From Octopus sinensis (taxonomy: Eukaryota), in assembly GCF_006345805.1 (NCBI RefSeq), contig NC_043019.1, positions 7,687,360 through 7,751,359 on the forward strand: a stretch of 64,000 nucleotides of DNA, given 5' to 3'. Below, in pieces: positions 39,782 through 54,068 of the stretch. The first letter of the stretch is position 1; the number at the start of each line of letters is the position of its first letter. The notes under the pieces are model-generated. The model ran no database searches and was not told where the DNA came from. It saw only the letters and a list, made by a program, of their open reading frames with translations. The translations under genes and the position numbers were made by a program.

Positions 39782-39783
<2 letters not shown>
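38251..39783 (-). mobile_element. Non-autonomous PLE-like element: 3' pLTR with HHR, body with internal direct repeats and ORF remnant, 5' direct plus inverted pLTR fragments
   Basis: 38251-38335 repeated directly at 39627-39711; 38300-38363 repeated inverted at 39720-39783; internal direct repeats ~38590-38775 and ~39365-39550; (TA)n on both flanks. Confidence 0.6.
38464..38508 (-). ncRNA. Intact minimal type I hammerhead ribozyme
   Basis: Minus strand: CACACG-CTGATGA-TGGGT-CAAT-ACCCA-GAAA-CTCGAG-TC|CGTGTG. 6-bp stem I, 5-bp stem II, palindromic stem III, GUC triplet. Cleavage between 38470 and 38469. Confidence 0.85.
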
Positions 39784-39822
<39 letters not shown>

Positions 39823-40458
39823 TATATATAAAGAGAGAGGGAGAGAGAGAGAGAGAGAGAATATTATATCGTAATTATATATATTCTCCAATTTGAAGCA
39901 ACTCCATTCACACCCAAATGGCTTGGCCGGCCGAAGCATCTAACAGAAGTCACTAAATCAAGATGCCACGCAGTGGGACTGAACCTCGTACCATACGCCC
40001 GCGAAGCAAGCTTCTTACCACACAGCCTGCACCTATGTGTTAATACATACATTACCGAGATAATAACTGTCTTCTACACACTTTTGTACGTTTAATTGAA
40101 CCGTCAACGTGACAACAAGTTGATTGGTGTCTATATTGAAGCATAACGCATGTGCATATCCGATCACTTTCTCCATACAATTGGACAGTCTCTCTCAGCA
40201 TAAGGTTATGAAGATGTAGCATATTTGATTCTCAGATTCTCTCCCACGTCTCATTTGGAGTCGGTCCTAATTGTCACCAATCAATTATGTACGATCTCTT
40301 GTAGCAGAAATGAATTCAAGGAGTAAAGCACAAACACATGCAGTGATTTACACACAAAACGAACACTCTCACACACCTACAGAAATACACCGAAAAGAAT
40401 ACTCACACAAACATGCCAACCCCTTTATCAGTAGTTCTTGCTTGTGCATAATATCTAC

Positions 40459-40508
<50 letters not shown>

Positions 40509-40511
40509 CTA

Positions 40512-40560
<49 letters not shown>

Positions 40561-40589
40561 CTATCTATCTATCTATCTATCTATCTCTA

Positions 40590-40674
<85 letters not shown>

Positions 40675-40748
40675 GTCTACCTATCTGTCTGGCGGACTGC
40701 CTGTCTGTCTATCCGTACTTTTGTCTATCTATCAATATATCTATCTAT

Positions 40749-41180
40749 AAACAGAGGGTTACCCACTTGCAAACAAATGTGGTAACATATAACAATATTG
40801 ACCAAGGTTACCGTGGTCTTTTTCGTAGGCTTTTCTTCCCACGGATAAACCTTGCTTGCTTTCTCCTTTACACCATACATCATAACACTGTGATACATGA
40901 TCCCTATTGATCGTTTTTTTCCTCTTCCCCTTTTTTACTCTTTTTTCTCCTTTTTCATTTTTCTTTTCTTTTGTTTTTCTTCCTTTTTTTCTTTTCTTTT
41001 TTAGTTCTTTTTTCCCTTTTACGATCCCTTTTGATCGAAAACCTACACCACCTTTCTTTTCTTTGTTTCTTTTGTTTTTTGTCTTTTGTTTTTTTTCTTT
41101 CATCCCCAAAAGAAAAGCTCTACCTTGTAACTTGTCCCATCAGTGTGCAGCCCTGTGTGGCCAATAAAGAAACTTATCTA
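40749..41180 (+). mobile_element. Same LINE family, 3' UTR only, inside a (TATC)n tract
   Basis: GACCAAGGTTACCGTGGTC...AAAGAAAAGCTCTACCTTGTAA...AATAAAGAAACTTATCTATC matches 23060-23380. Confidence 0.75.
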
Positions 41181-41240
41181 TCTACCTATCAATTTATCTA
41201 TCTATGTATCCATCACTCTCTCTATATCTCTCTATCTATG

Positions 41241-41274
<34 letters not shown>

Positions 41275-41812
41275 TCTATCTATCTATCTATGTGTCTATC
41301 TGTCTGTCAGTCTCTCTGCCAGTCAGTCAAGCTATCTGCTGTCTGTTTGTCTATTCGTCCGTCTGTCTGCCTATTTATATCAATCTGGAGTCGAATAACG
41401 GCGGAAAATATGATTTACATAAATCAGGGCGGCTAGAATCTTTAACCAATTTTTGGAAATGGAACTCGCCTAACTCAATTTCCCATTTGATAAAACGGCA
41501 ACCGGTGCAGAATCACATTAGCTTTGAGAAGAAGAATCCGCTACCAGCTGTTCTGTATTTCTGGCTAATTAATCGATCAATTGAAGGATAGGCTAAATAT
41601 GCATAGCGCAATGTGCAACGGTTGCATAGTGCTAGGCAATTCGAAACACGTGTAAGCTAAATGAACCGATCATAATGCATTTCGTTGTTTCCGTTCTATA
41701 CATGCATCCAAGGAAGTATGTATGCATGTATATATGCATATATGTATGTGTGTATCTATGTATGTATGTATATATCTCTCTATCTATCTATTTATCTATC
41801 TATTTATCTAAA

Positions 41813-41895
<83 letters not shown>

Positions 41896-42074
41896 TTATG
41901 TATTTATTTATTTATCTATCAATCCATCTATTTACATATCCATCTATATAGTTATCTATCTATTATTTATGATTGCATGTTCTCATGCAAGTTCCTTTGG
42001 ATGTCTGTCTTTTCATATTTCTGCATTTATATTTGTTTGAACATATGCATGTATGCATGTTTTTCTTTCTGTTT

Positions 42075-42560
42075 TGCCCCTTCCTATGATGTGTGGCAGC
42101 AGAAAGGAAAAGGAAACAATCTCACATATTTTGAGTGAGTGTAGCAAGTTGGCCCAAAAGCATCACAAAAGGAGGGACGATAACATGGGTAAGTTTGTTC
42201 AGTGGAGACTAAGTGAGAAGTGCGGCTTGAAGAGATGACAATCCAATGGGACTCACTAATCGAGGCTCGGATAGAAGATATTGTTGTGGTAGATAAAAGG
42301 GGGAAAAAAAAAACTAAGATCATAAATATTGCAATACCTGGAGATGCACGCATAAGTGACAAAGAACTAGAAAAGGTTGAAAAGTACAGATTTCTAAAAG
42401 ATGAAATCTCAAGAATGTGGACTATGAGGAGCGTGTGTGTCATTCCAATAGTGGTAGGGACACTTGGAGTACTAGGAACCAAGTTCGAGAAATATGTTAA
42501 AGAATTCGGAGCAATCCCACCAAAACTGCCCTGCTGGGGAGAGCTAGGATTTCGAGATTG
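42075..42560 (+). mobile_element. R4/Dong-clade non-LTR retrotransposon C-terminus (CCHC knuckle plus restriction-like endonuclease)
   Basis: C...KETISHILSECSKLAQKHHKRRDDNMGK; IEDIVVVDK..IINIAIPGDARISDKELEKVEKYRFLKDEISRMW..VIPIVVGTLG. Confidence 0.8.
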
Positions 42561-43451
42561 GTACTTGGATGTTGAATATCTCCCATGAAAATTAACAACC
42601 AAGAGTCAATGCTTATAATGTGCGGAAAGAGACCGCGTGAGATCTCTGAAAACAAGCTGTTGTCCGCTCTAGCAGAATCTTCCAGAGCAAACAGGAGCGA
42701 AGGTCCTAAGTGGTAAAGTGATGATAATAATGATGGTGATGATGATGATGATGATGACGATGATGATGTTAATAATTAAAATAATAATAATAATAATAAT
42801 AATAACTACAACAATAGTAATACTACTACTACAACAACAACTACTACTACTACTACTAATAATAATAATAATTATAATAATGATGATGATGATGATGATG
42901 ATATACAGCCCACAGCAATGCAGAATGGGAGTTTGTCAACGAGAACACACAATAGCAAACCTCAATGTTGAATAGGTTAAGAAACACAAGTAATTTTATT
43001 AAGTGAGGGGGGGGGCGGAATGCAACGCAGATTGGAGCCGACAGCAGATACTTGTAATTACTCTTTAATCATTGAAGTAGAGTGAGTGCAACTCTGAGAG
43101 AAGAAAGGAATGAATGGACATTTAGAGACAAATATTATAAGTGCAGCATTGAAGACTTATTAGTAATTAAAGCAGGGTTAAACGCAATAACAAACAAGAT
43201 ATATCAATAGATTCTCTGTTCTATTTAATTATAACCACGTTATTAACAGTGGTTAAGTAAATTAGAAAACTTATATAACTATGCAGTACATTAGTAGGAT
43301 ACACATTAGTAGGAAACAATCCTTCATATTCATCCCTATCTATTTATCTATCTACCTATCTATGTAACTATCTATCTATCTATCTATCTATCTATCTCTC
43401 TATCTATCTATCTATCTATCTACCCATCTATCTATATATCTGTATATCTCC

Positions 43452-43531
<80 letters not shown>

Positions 43532-44230
43532 TTATTTATCTCTCTATCTCTCTATTTGTCGATCTATCAATTTGTCTCGATTCGGGCTCTGTGAATCTTA
43601 ACGTTTTGGTTGTTCGTTACAGGAGATTATTTGGACGTCTGTCCAATATCACACGTAAGGATTTCGTCGGCTCAAGGCTGCAGTTAGAGATACTTGTCTA
43701 ATGTGCCGTGCAATAGGAAAGAAACCGGAGCCGTGTTGTTTGGAAGCAAGCGTCTTACCACACAGCCAAGCCTAAACTAAAACTATATGCTTTTGAAAAC
43801 ATACTAGCAAATTGTCGACAACGCTCTGCAAAAGATACGAAAGAAGCCGTAGCATGTTATGGGTTTCCCCCTCCTGATAACTTTCAGTTTTATTGTATTT
43901 ACTTTTATGTTTTATTAAACAAGTTATAACATTTATTTAAATAACTACTGAGGCTGTTCTATTGACTGAAGAAATGTAGCGTAACCTAGAGTAATGCGAT
44001 CTTTGGTGCTGGATTTATGAAAACACGGATATTCGAAAACGTATGTAAGTATGTTTGCATCTATGTATGTATGTCCGTACGTATGTAGATATTTCACATA
44101 CCCACACACTCACACACATATGCATGTGTATGTATACATATGTATAAAAGTATGTATATGGAGATATGCACATACACCTCGTTCTTCGACACTCTCCCTC
44201 GCCATCTCTGTAAAGGTCTGTGTTCGAGGG

Positions 44231-44276
<46 letters not shown>

Positions 44277-44388
44277 ATATATATATGTTCGTGTATGTGT
44301 ATGTGCCTCAGTGTGTACGTATACATTTGTGTGCATACAAATATTTGCACCTCTCTACATGAGTGTATTGTTGTCTAAAAAGACTTGT

Positions 44389-44449
<61 letters not shown>

Positions 44450-44971
44450 ATATGCATATGCATATACATATACGTATACATATGTGTGTATACATATATA
44501 TATATATATATATACATGTCTAGTACTTGTGTTTGTGTAAGTGTGTATATGTTTGGCTATGTGTATGTATGAGTGTGTCTGTGTGTGTTTGTGTACGTTG
44601 CCAGCGGTACTGGTTCCGGTGGAGTAAAGCATCTGCAGAGAATGTCTACGACACCGACAGACAGCAGTTATCCAATATAAACAAGAAGCAGATTAGGACG
44701 ATTATTTGTCTTAGTTATTAGTATTATGTCAGAAGAAATACGAGAAAACACGGCAATGTCATACAATGGAATAGATCTTGGAATTAATCTTTAAATCCCA
44801 AGTACAAGCGAGTTTTACAATGAATCCAGGTTTTACGTGAGCAAACACAAAGAAGACATTGGCAATAACCGACAACATCTAAGCGACTCTGATCAGTAAC
44901 GTCACCATGGCAACCGAAAGCATCAGCTTTCCACCACTACAAGCACTACAATGACAACTACCACCGCCACT

Positions 44972-45003
<32 letters not shown>

Positions 45004-45917
45004 CAACAACAACTCCAACACTAGCGATAGCAATATCGGCCATCATCGTCGTCATCCTCATCGTCGTCATCATCATCATCATCATCATCACCCTCTTCAT
45101 AGTCGTCATCATCATCATCGAGGTCCTCGACGTCATCGTCGTCGTTATCATAATCACCATCACCATCATTATTTTCTTCATCATCAACATCATCATCATC
45201 ATCATCATCATCAACATCTTCAGCATCGTCGACGTCGTCGTCGTCGTCGTCATCATCATCATCATCATCATCTCCGTCACCATCACCATTATCATCATCC
45301 TCATATGCATCATAGTCGTCATCATTGACATTATCAAGAACGATAACAACGACACAAACAATAATAGCAATAACAACAACAATATCAACATCAACACCAA
45401 CAAATGCAAACATTTCGAAGACGCAGGGGAAAAACACAACATAACGGAGGGAAAATGAATCTCACAGATGCATACACAATATTCTTTGAAGATTATGAAA
45501 GAAATGTCAATTCGATACGTCTTGTAATGACACGTACAGATGATGCAAGTAGGACCATATATGGATATGTGTGTGTGTGAGAGAGAGAGAAAGATTCATA
45601 TACATATATAAAAATTTATATATATATGTACAGACACGCATATATATATATATGTGTGTGTACGTGTATATTTATATATATATAAATCTTTATATATGTA
45701 TATGAATCTCTCTCTCTATATATATATATACACATATATATGTATAAATATATATGATATAATACACATATGTACATATGTGTGGATATATATGTATATA
45801 TATATAAATCAAGATATAGTCATATAAATCTATATATAATATAATATAATGCACATATATATACATATACACATATGTATACATACTTATATATATATGT
45901 GCATGCGTGCTTATATG

Positions 45918-45987
<70 letters not shown>

Positions 45988-46681
45988 TATGTATGTACAT
46001 AACTATTTGATGTCTAACAAGACGAGACTCTATGCAAAAAGAGAAAAGAAAAAAAAACAACAACATAAATATTCGGAAGGAAAACAGTCTGAAAGAGAGA
46101 AGAAGGAGCAAAAGGAAAAAAAAATCACTTTGAATGAAGAATACTTTACCAACGCCGAATTCTACTGAATATATTCTGTAGAACCACACACTCCAAGTGA
46201 ATTGATTCCATCGGCAGTCGTATTTCCATTGGTGTCAGATCATTTGACAACATACGTCATAAACAAGAATATTTGGAGACAGGTTGAAATAATATAGAAA
46301 TAAAGTGAAGCCCAGCAACAATAAAAGAAAGGAAAAAAATTCATTGGAAAACAAGAATATTGCAATTAGAAATTCTTATATTGTTTGGGATTTCATCATT
46401 TGTGGTTTTTAATGGAATGATATTCATTATAGTTGTATTAGACATTTGTCACATTGCAGGAATCTCATTCCAGTGTTTGGTAACTATCTTCTTAAACTGT
46501 AGCACACGTGTGTATGTGTGGGTATATCAATGTGGGTGAGAAAAGAGAAGAGCGAGAGTGTAATGTTTAGAGATGTTTATATTGTCCGTTGACAGTTGTT
46601 TCGTAATATGAGTCCAGCAAATCTACATCACGCATACACACAGAGAAAGAGGGAGAGAGAGAGAGAGACAGAGAGACAGAC

Positions 46682-46746
<65 letters not shown>

Positions 46747-47439
46747 GATAGTGCTTGTAGTGGTGTACAGATATTGTACATTAACATATATTTGGATAAT
46801 TCTTTGTTTCGTCTAACCGAACTCTTCAATGAAAAATGTAAACCTATATGTAAATGTGAGATCAAAACGTAGGAAGATAAAAGCTTTGAGTCGTCCGTAG
46901 AAGTTACAATAAAGCAACTATCAGGAACAACAGTGGCTCATTCTTCTTACACACACACACAAACATACACACACGCACACAAACACACACACACACACAC
47001 AAACACGCACATGCACACATATACACGCGCAGACGCACACACAGAGGCACACGCACATACATATATCTTTTAATTCTTTTATTCATTTCTGGCATCGTCT
47101 TGCAGAATACACACATTCACTCAAGCAAATATGAACGTGGTGCTTCCACATATTTTCATTCTACTAAATTCATTTGAAAGTCCTTAGTCGATCCTGGGTT
47201 ATTCTGAAAGACACTAGTTGAATGCGTTTTACAATAGGAATACAGCCTCAATCGTGTGGTTGTGGAGCAATCTTAACAAAACACACACATAGACAGCGAG
47301 ACACGCACACACGCAAACACGCAGACACACAAACACGCAGACACATAAACACACAAAGTATATACACATAAATTATTTGGGTGACTGTCTCTCTTTTCAT
47401 AAAAAATATAATAAAACTTCATCTCATCCTGGCTTATAC

Positions 47440-48470
47440 ATAGAGTTGCATATGCATGGTCGAATCTCATTGACTAAAAACCTTCAGACACTACTATTAG
47501 TTTTTTCATCCTATCAGACAGTTAAGCTGGTTAAGATGTAGAGGTAGACATCTTCTGTTTGGCGCCTGCGATGAAATACGTCTGTTTCGCCATCTAGAAC
47601 AGACTGAGAACAACGAGTTTCATTAACCGTTCATAAATGTCTTCAAATATTCTTTGAGAAAGAATTTAAGAGTAAAGAGGGAGATGATATCATCTCAGGA
47701 AATTTGCTTTGAGTTGCTTCAACATGGCTCTCTGTGTAATTGAATTTAATCTCAACATAAATATGTAGACAAGAGAATTCCAGATGTAAAAGGTTCTTTT
47801 TGCTTTCGGTGCTAATGACGATGTATAAAATCTGGTTTTCCCCGATTTTGATATCAGTTGGCGTAACTTTTCCTCGGATGTAATGTCTATTCTTTTATTT
47901 TGCTGAGTTTCTGATATACGATTCTATGAACAACTCATTGTTTTTGTAATTTTACCTTGTAATATCCCTTTGTCCATCCTTTCTTTGGGAAAATAACGAT
48001 AACTTAACCCTCTTCTTATTTTTAACATCATCATTACAATATGTTATGATTATTTATTTAGCTTTATTTAGTATCGGTTCGTACGTTCTAAAATAGTTGC
48101 TGTTTGGTTACTGTTTATAGAAAAAATGCTAGTTGTTATATATTTTGTTGCAGAGCCGACCAGGATAAAAATGAACCAATTCCGTCGCCTCCTTATGATT
48201 TCGTAGCTTAAGTTTGGACAAAAAATAAAAAATAAAAAAAGGAAATCAAATTTAATGGAAAGTATTTTGTACAGAAGCCAGCCATCCAGTAAGTAAGAAG
48301 GTAACTTCGGAAGTGATTTTGGACACAATGTCCAACCTTAATCTTGCAAATGAAAGCCCGTTCGCCACACTTTCCATTAACAGAGAATTCCCACCTCTGA
48401 AATCCCCAAATTCCGTGAGGATCACCATAATAAGCCACCAGTCTAACATTAATAGCGACCGCAATAACAA
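47440..48470 (-). mobile_element. Decayed LINE ORF2 (AP-endonuclease end through RT N-terminal domains)
   Basis: ITSEEKLRQLISKSGK, LLHLEFSCL..EI, SLLLNSFSK, FHRRRQTEDVYLYILTSL, RFDH follow the canonical LINE order; upstream GDF..NSLLME..NGLSFA resembles APE. Confidence 0.6.
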
Positions 48471-48748
48471 TAATAACATAGACGAGATGCCAAGGAGAAT
48501 TAAATACCATCTGACAACGAACACCAACAATAGAGCGTCTATCTAAAAATAACAACATTACTAACATCTGCACGGTCACAATGTTTAATGCTGCATACAA
48601 GCATCGCCAAAACCATGAATGCTACAACTTCAGATAGTGACACAAGCAACACGACTACAGCTGCTAATACAACTGTCACCAACAACCACCGAGTCTATTG
48701 CGGCTAGCGAAAGCAGCTGCAGCAGTAACTATATTTATAGTAAAAAAT

Positions 48749-49440
48749 CGGTATTTCGTCTCCCGTTACGTTCTGAGTTCAAATTCCGCCGAAGACGACT
48801 TTGCCTTTCATCTTACGAAGTCAATAAATTAAGTACCAGTTACGCACTGGGGTCGATATAATCGACTTAATCCGTTTGTCTGTCCTTGTTTGTCCTCTCT
48901 ATGTTTAGCCCCTTGTGGGTAGTAAAGAAATAGGTATTTCGTCTACTTCGAAATACGTATGTTCTGAGTTCAAATTCCGCGGAGGTCGAATTTGCCTTTC
49001 ATCGTTTCGGGGTCGATGTATTCGATTTGCCCTCTTCCCCGCCAGCCCAAATCTTTAAGGGCCTGCGCCTAGACTAGAAATAGTTATTATTACGATTGGG
49101 CTGAAATTCCTTGGAGGTCAACTTTCTCTTTCATCATTCGTGTTCGATAAAATAAATACCAGTTGAACCATGAGGTCGACGTAATCAACTAGTCCCCTCC
49201 AACAAAAATTGATGCCCTTGCGGTAATATTTAAAACCATAATGAAGGCGGCGCGCTGGCAGAATTGTTAGCACTCTGAGTGAAAGGATTAGCCGTATTTC
49301 ACCAGTTATTACGTTCTGGGTTCAAATTCCGTCGAGGACGATTTTGTCTTTCATCCTTTCGGGGTTGGTAGATTAAGCATCAGTGAAACACTGAGGTCGA
49401 TCTAATCAACTGCCCCCTCCCCCAAATTTCATGCCTGGTG
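48749..49440 (+). mobile_element. Cluster of family-2 SINE copies
   Basis: GTTCTGAGTTCAAATTCCG repeated at ~48770 and ~48960, with a GG variant at ~49315. Confidence 0.8.
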
Positions 49441-49495
49441 CCTATAGCAGAACGGATTACTACTATCACTTTGCCTGTTGTTGTTGTTATTGGCT

Positions 49496-49789
49496 ATTGA
49501 TCGTTTTTTTTCGTCTTCCCCTTTTTTTCCCCTTTTTTCATTTCTCTTTTCTTTTGTTCCTTTTCCTTTTCTTTTTTTTCTTTTTATTCTTTTTATTTTT
49601 TATTTCATTTATTTTTTGTTCTTTTCTTCCCTTTTACGATCCCTCTTGATCGAAAACCTACGCCCCACCTTTTTTTTCTTCTTTTTTCTTCTTTTGTTTT
49701 TTGTTTTTTTCATCCCCCTAAAGAAAAGCTCTACCTTGTAACTTGTCCCATCTGTGCGCAGCCCTGTGTGGCCAATAAAGAAACTTATC
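49496..49789 (+). mobile_element. Same LINE family, 5'-truncated, with 10-bp TSD
   Basis: TSD GTTATTGGCT at 49486-49495 and 49790-49799; ends AATAAAGAAACTTATC. Confidence 0.8.
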
Positions 49790-50602
49790 GTTATTGGCTT
49801 GTGTTGTTTAGCCCCGGGTCTGCTCTGATCAAATAGATCGATGATACGATAAAAATTCGATACTAATGTGACCGGCACGTCTCTCTCTTTTTCCTCACTT
49901 TTAAATTATGCAACATAGTATCCACACTGAAAAGACATACTGTGGATGCTGAGTCGAGTAAGATTTAGCTATTATGCTTAGCAATCAGATGACTACAAAT
50001 ATGGGTTTTTAACCTTGCCGTTTATGTCAATTTTCCTTTTTTCTTTCTCTATTCTTTCCCAATCGCCATCAACATTAACGCCGTCGTCGCCATTTTCACC
50101 TCCATTATCATTGCCCCCTCCTCCTCCTTCCTCATTTTATACTCCTCCCTCTCCTCTTCATTTCGTTCTTGTTTTCGTTTGTATTATCTTTATGAAAATC
50201 GAAACACAACGCTCGTTAGTTAGATGATAATTGTCGTCACCTTTACTGATTGTTATCATTAAAAGATGATTTGCCTCTCAGTAATAGAATAGGAAATTTT
50301 ACGGAGTAACATAATTGCAATAACACTCGTTTTAATTTGAAGCTGTCAATCTGCTGAGATGAAAATTGGTTTTCTTGGGAAACGAACGAGTAACACATTT
50401 TGCTGTATAATTACATTTATATATTCACACACCCCACTACACGCATGCACGCACACACACACGCTCACACGCATACACACATATGGACTCAACACGTTCT
50501 CAGAAATCAACTTAAAGAATTTTATATATGTACATATATAAGCCTATGTATGTATGTGTATATATATATATATATGCCTATATATATGTATATATAAACA
50601 TG

Positions 50603-50646
<44 letters not shown>

Positions 50647-50695
50647 TGTATATATACTTACATACATATAATCATACATTCATATATATGTATAA

Positions 50696-50734
<39 letters not shown>

Positions 50735-50768
50735 GCAATTATGCACACACATATGTATAAATAAATAG

Positions 50769-50810
<42 letters not shown>

Positions 50811-51753
50811 CCACACACACACATATATATATATATATAAATATATGTGTGTGCGCGTGAGTATTAGGAAAAGCTCTGCTTAAATGAGTGTCTGATAAAT
50901 ATTGATATAAACACATTGTTTCTACTGTATTTATGTGCGAAATAAAAAGGGGGGATAATCACTTGACTCACATTGTTTACTTTTTTATTCAATCCCAGGG
51001 GTGCCTTGTATATTTAAGTGAATCCCACCTCAATAATTTACACTGTGCATTATGAAGCGTCTTTTATAAGCATCTGAACTATATCATTAGCAGCTGAAGA
51101 AATCCCGTGACTTCTTGTTTGGGGTGCGATCAACAGGCAATAAAACTGTCTCTCAGGAGATTACCTGCCCCAGGTATTGTGCACCACGATACCATAGTAA
51201 AAATGGTTTCTAATATTTAGAATTTTATCAAAATAGGAATATATATATGTGTGTGCGCGTCGGTGCTTCTGCCCCCAGTAACTGAGCGGTTCGGCAAAAA
51301 AGTCCAATATTCACTGGGGTTTAGTGCATTGGACTAAAAGTTCTTAGAAAGTACATAAATGTTGTATAATTTTGTCATGTTGGCAAATTTCTAGGGAGGG
51401 GCGATTGTCAGGAAGGAGAAACACCTTTATTGATCACTTGACTAATTTGAAACAAGCTGCAAGTTATTCCTAGTTTTATGAGTCTTTGATGTGAGGTGGA
51501 CGATTTGAACTGGTAAATGAACGCACAGTATAAATTTATGGTGTAAAGAACGCAGAATGTGAAGATGGCAGCCTAAACGAACAGTAAAAATATAGTCAGA
51601 TTGAAGTTAGCTAAAGAGGCGATGTGACCAGTTGAAGTGAGCCCTGGAGACGAAGAACCATGTTACACAAGATATTATTCCCTTCTCTTTAAGCAAGCTG
51701 GCTTGTCGGACGGACCTGCGGTTTCTTGGCTACTGGACAAGCAAATGATGAAA

Positions 51754-51797
<44 letters not shown>

Positions 51798-51899
51798 CAC
51801 ACACACACGCACACACACTTCCTTGCTTTCTTGTTGTGCTTTCATTGAAATATATGAAAGTGAGACTCAAGGATTACATTTATAGAATATACATTTATT

Positions 51900-52560
51900 A
51901 TATATTTATAAGAAGGTTAGTTGCGGGAGTCACTTCGAAGTTTCTATTTCCTGGCCTTATTCCGACTCTTCTACATTCGGGTTCTCTTCGTTTTATATAA
52001 TCTCTGCTAAATTTGTTTTTATTCTTTGTTTTTGTAGGGAAAGTGGAACTATGTAGAATGATAATCATATTGTGCAGAGCCTTTTGGCAGAAAGATTTTG
52101 CATACTGTTATTGTTTAAATTTGTGTTATCGGTTAGAGCTCAGTCAAGCGGGTGAAGCTCTGTAATCAGGTGTGTCTATTCAGGTGTCTGCGTTTCAATT
52201 TGTAGTGTTGTATTTTAAGGTTGAGAAAATAATGTTAGTAGGTAAATAGCTTATACGTTCAGCAGATAACTAAGTGGGGTTTAAATATGGTTGATGTTAT
52301 TTTAACACTGTTTAGAAAATTTAACCCGATTGTTTTGGTATTTTGGAGGTTATATTTCAGTGTTCAGTCAAGCGGGTAAACATCGTAACTCGATGTGTTT
52401 ATTTAAGTGTATCAGTTTTGGTCATGGTATTGAGAGTATAGGAATTGTGTTATTTTGTGTTTCAGGGTACACAAAAGAATGTAAGTCGGTGAAACGCTTT
52501 GTTGCTCTCCAAACTTCCATTTGTTCATGTTATTTGAGAACTATTTTGAAAATATGAACT
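51900..52560 (-). mobile_element. Decayed PLE RT C-terminal region (tentative)
   Basis: Fragments such as NNINHI, IETQ, SAKRLCTI..QKQRIKQ loosely resemble the PLE thumb region; internal duplication CAGTCAAGCGGGT at 52141 and 52366. Confidence 0.3.
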
Positions 52561-52589
52561 TTGTAGTATGGGAAAGTGAATTTTGCGAA

Positions 52590-52975
52590 CTGTGTGGTAA
52601 GTTGCTTCCTTAGCAAGCACATGGTTCTGGTTTCGGTCCCACTGCATGTCACCTTGGACAAGTGCCTTCTACTATAACTTCGAGCCAACCACAACATTGT
52701 TAGTGGAATTCGTAGACGGAAACTGAATGAATCCCGCTATTCATATATATATATGTGTGTGTGTGCGTGTGTATGCGTGTGTGTGAGCATATGTGTGTTT
52801 GCCTGTCTGTGTTTGTCCTCCACAATCGCTTGACAACCGATGTTTGTATGTTTCCATCCACGTAATATAGCGATTCGGCAAAAGATTCCGATACAATCAG
52901 TACTAAGCTTTAAAAAACAAGTCCTGGTGTGGATTTGTTTGACTAAAGGCGGTGTTGTAGTATGGCCGCAATCAC
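52590..52975 (+). mobile_element. tRNA-derived SINE (family 1)
   Basis: GGTTTCGGTCCCACTGCATGTCACCTTGG...CTTGACAACCGATG...GACTAAAGGCGGTG, with an internal microsatellite as at 7466. Confidence 0.75.
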
Positions 52976-53443
52976 ATTAATGTAACTACTAAAGGAATCT
53001 TTTCTACTCTTGGCACAAGGTCCGAAATTTTGAGAAAGACTGCCAGTCGATTAGATCGACTACAATGCGCAACTAGTATTTAATTTAGAAACTAGTATAA
53101 GAATAAAAGAATATGTTGATATAAATATCTTCGGTTTCAAGCTTGGCTATTCCTAATGATCTTCATAATTAATCATTTACGACCGATGCGTATAAGCATA
53201 TGAACAGCGTCGCGAAGGTGCATACATATGCCTATGTACAAATGAACACACATACCTGCACACCTCTGCATACACACGCATGCCCAGACATACACACAGA
53301 CATATCTTCTAGTGATGCGGCATAAGGAATCGATAAAAAGTAGCGGCTTTAAAAAATAAGTACCTGGGTTGATGTATTCGATTTAAGTCAGTGCTCCAGC
53401 ATGACCGCAGTCTAATGACTGAAACAAGTAGGAGGTAGAAGGC

Positions 53444-53475
<32 letters not shown>

Positions 53476-54026
53476 CATACATATAATCGAATGGACCCCA
53501 CCTCAAAAATTTCGGTCCTTGTATCTAGAGTTGAAAATAATATTTTCATAGAAATGGTCTTACGATTGTCCTGAGGTGAAGCGTGTCTATACAGATTTTA
53601 GGAATATCTGAATAATAGAAACGCAGGCATACAAACCGATTTCAATAATTAACGCGATGCAGAATTGTTTTAGTTTGGTACGAAAAAGCTTCGGGCATTT
53701 TCTTCCTGATTTTGACGTTCTTGGTTCGCATTCCACCGAGGACAACTTTGCCTGAGATTCTTTGGCAATCGATGTAATTAAACAACATCAAAGACCGTTG
53801 TTGAGGTAATCCACTGATACCCTTTCCCTCAGTATTGTTAGGTTCAAAGAGTTATGGAGTTTGGTATTGTTTTCGATTGAACTTCATGGATCATAAATGT
53901 GTTGCTATAAACCTTTAACGTTTTTTTTAAATCAATTTTTATTGAGATCTCTGCTAATGGCTTTGCAGGAAATAAATATTCTTGTTATAATTCCGAGACG
54001 TTCATAAAATGATTATTCCCCCTCTC

Positions 54027-54068
<42 letters not shown>

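Noticed and set aside
41580-41660. GAAA-CACGTG-TA with an upstream long hairpin (hammerhead-like)
   Set aside because: No recognisable CTGANGA core in position and no convincing stem I.
44879-45442. Long poly-His/Asp/Met ORFs (also 57289-58379, 34188-34912 and all YI/HT/LS-repeat ORFs)
   Set aside because: Translations of microsatellites, open in several frames on both strands.
48208-48700. Hydrophobic minus-strand ORFs resembling a GPCR
   Set aside because: Hydrophobicity comes from degenerate AAC/AAT repeats, and adjacent frames fit a decayed LINE APE-RT.
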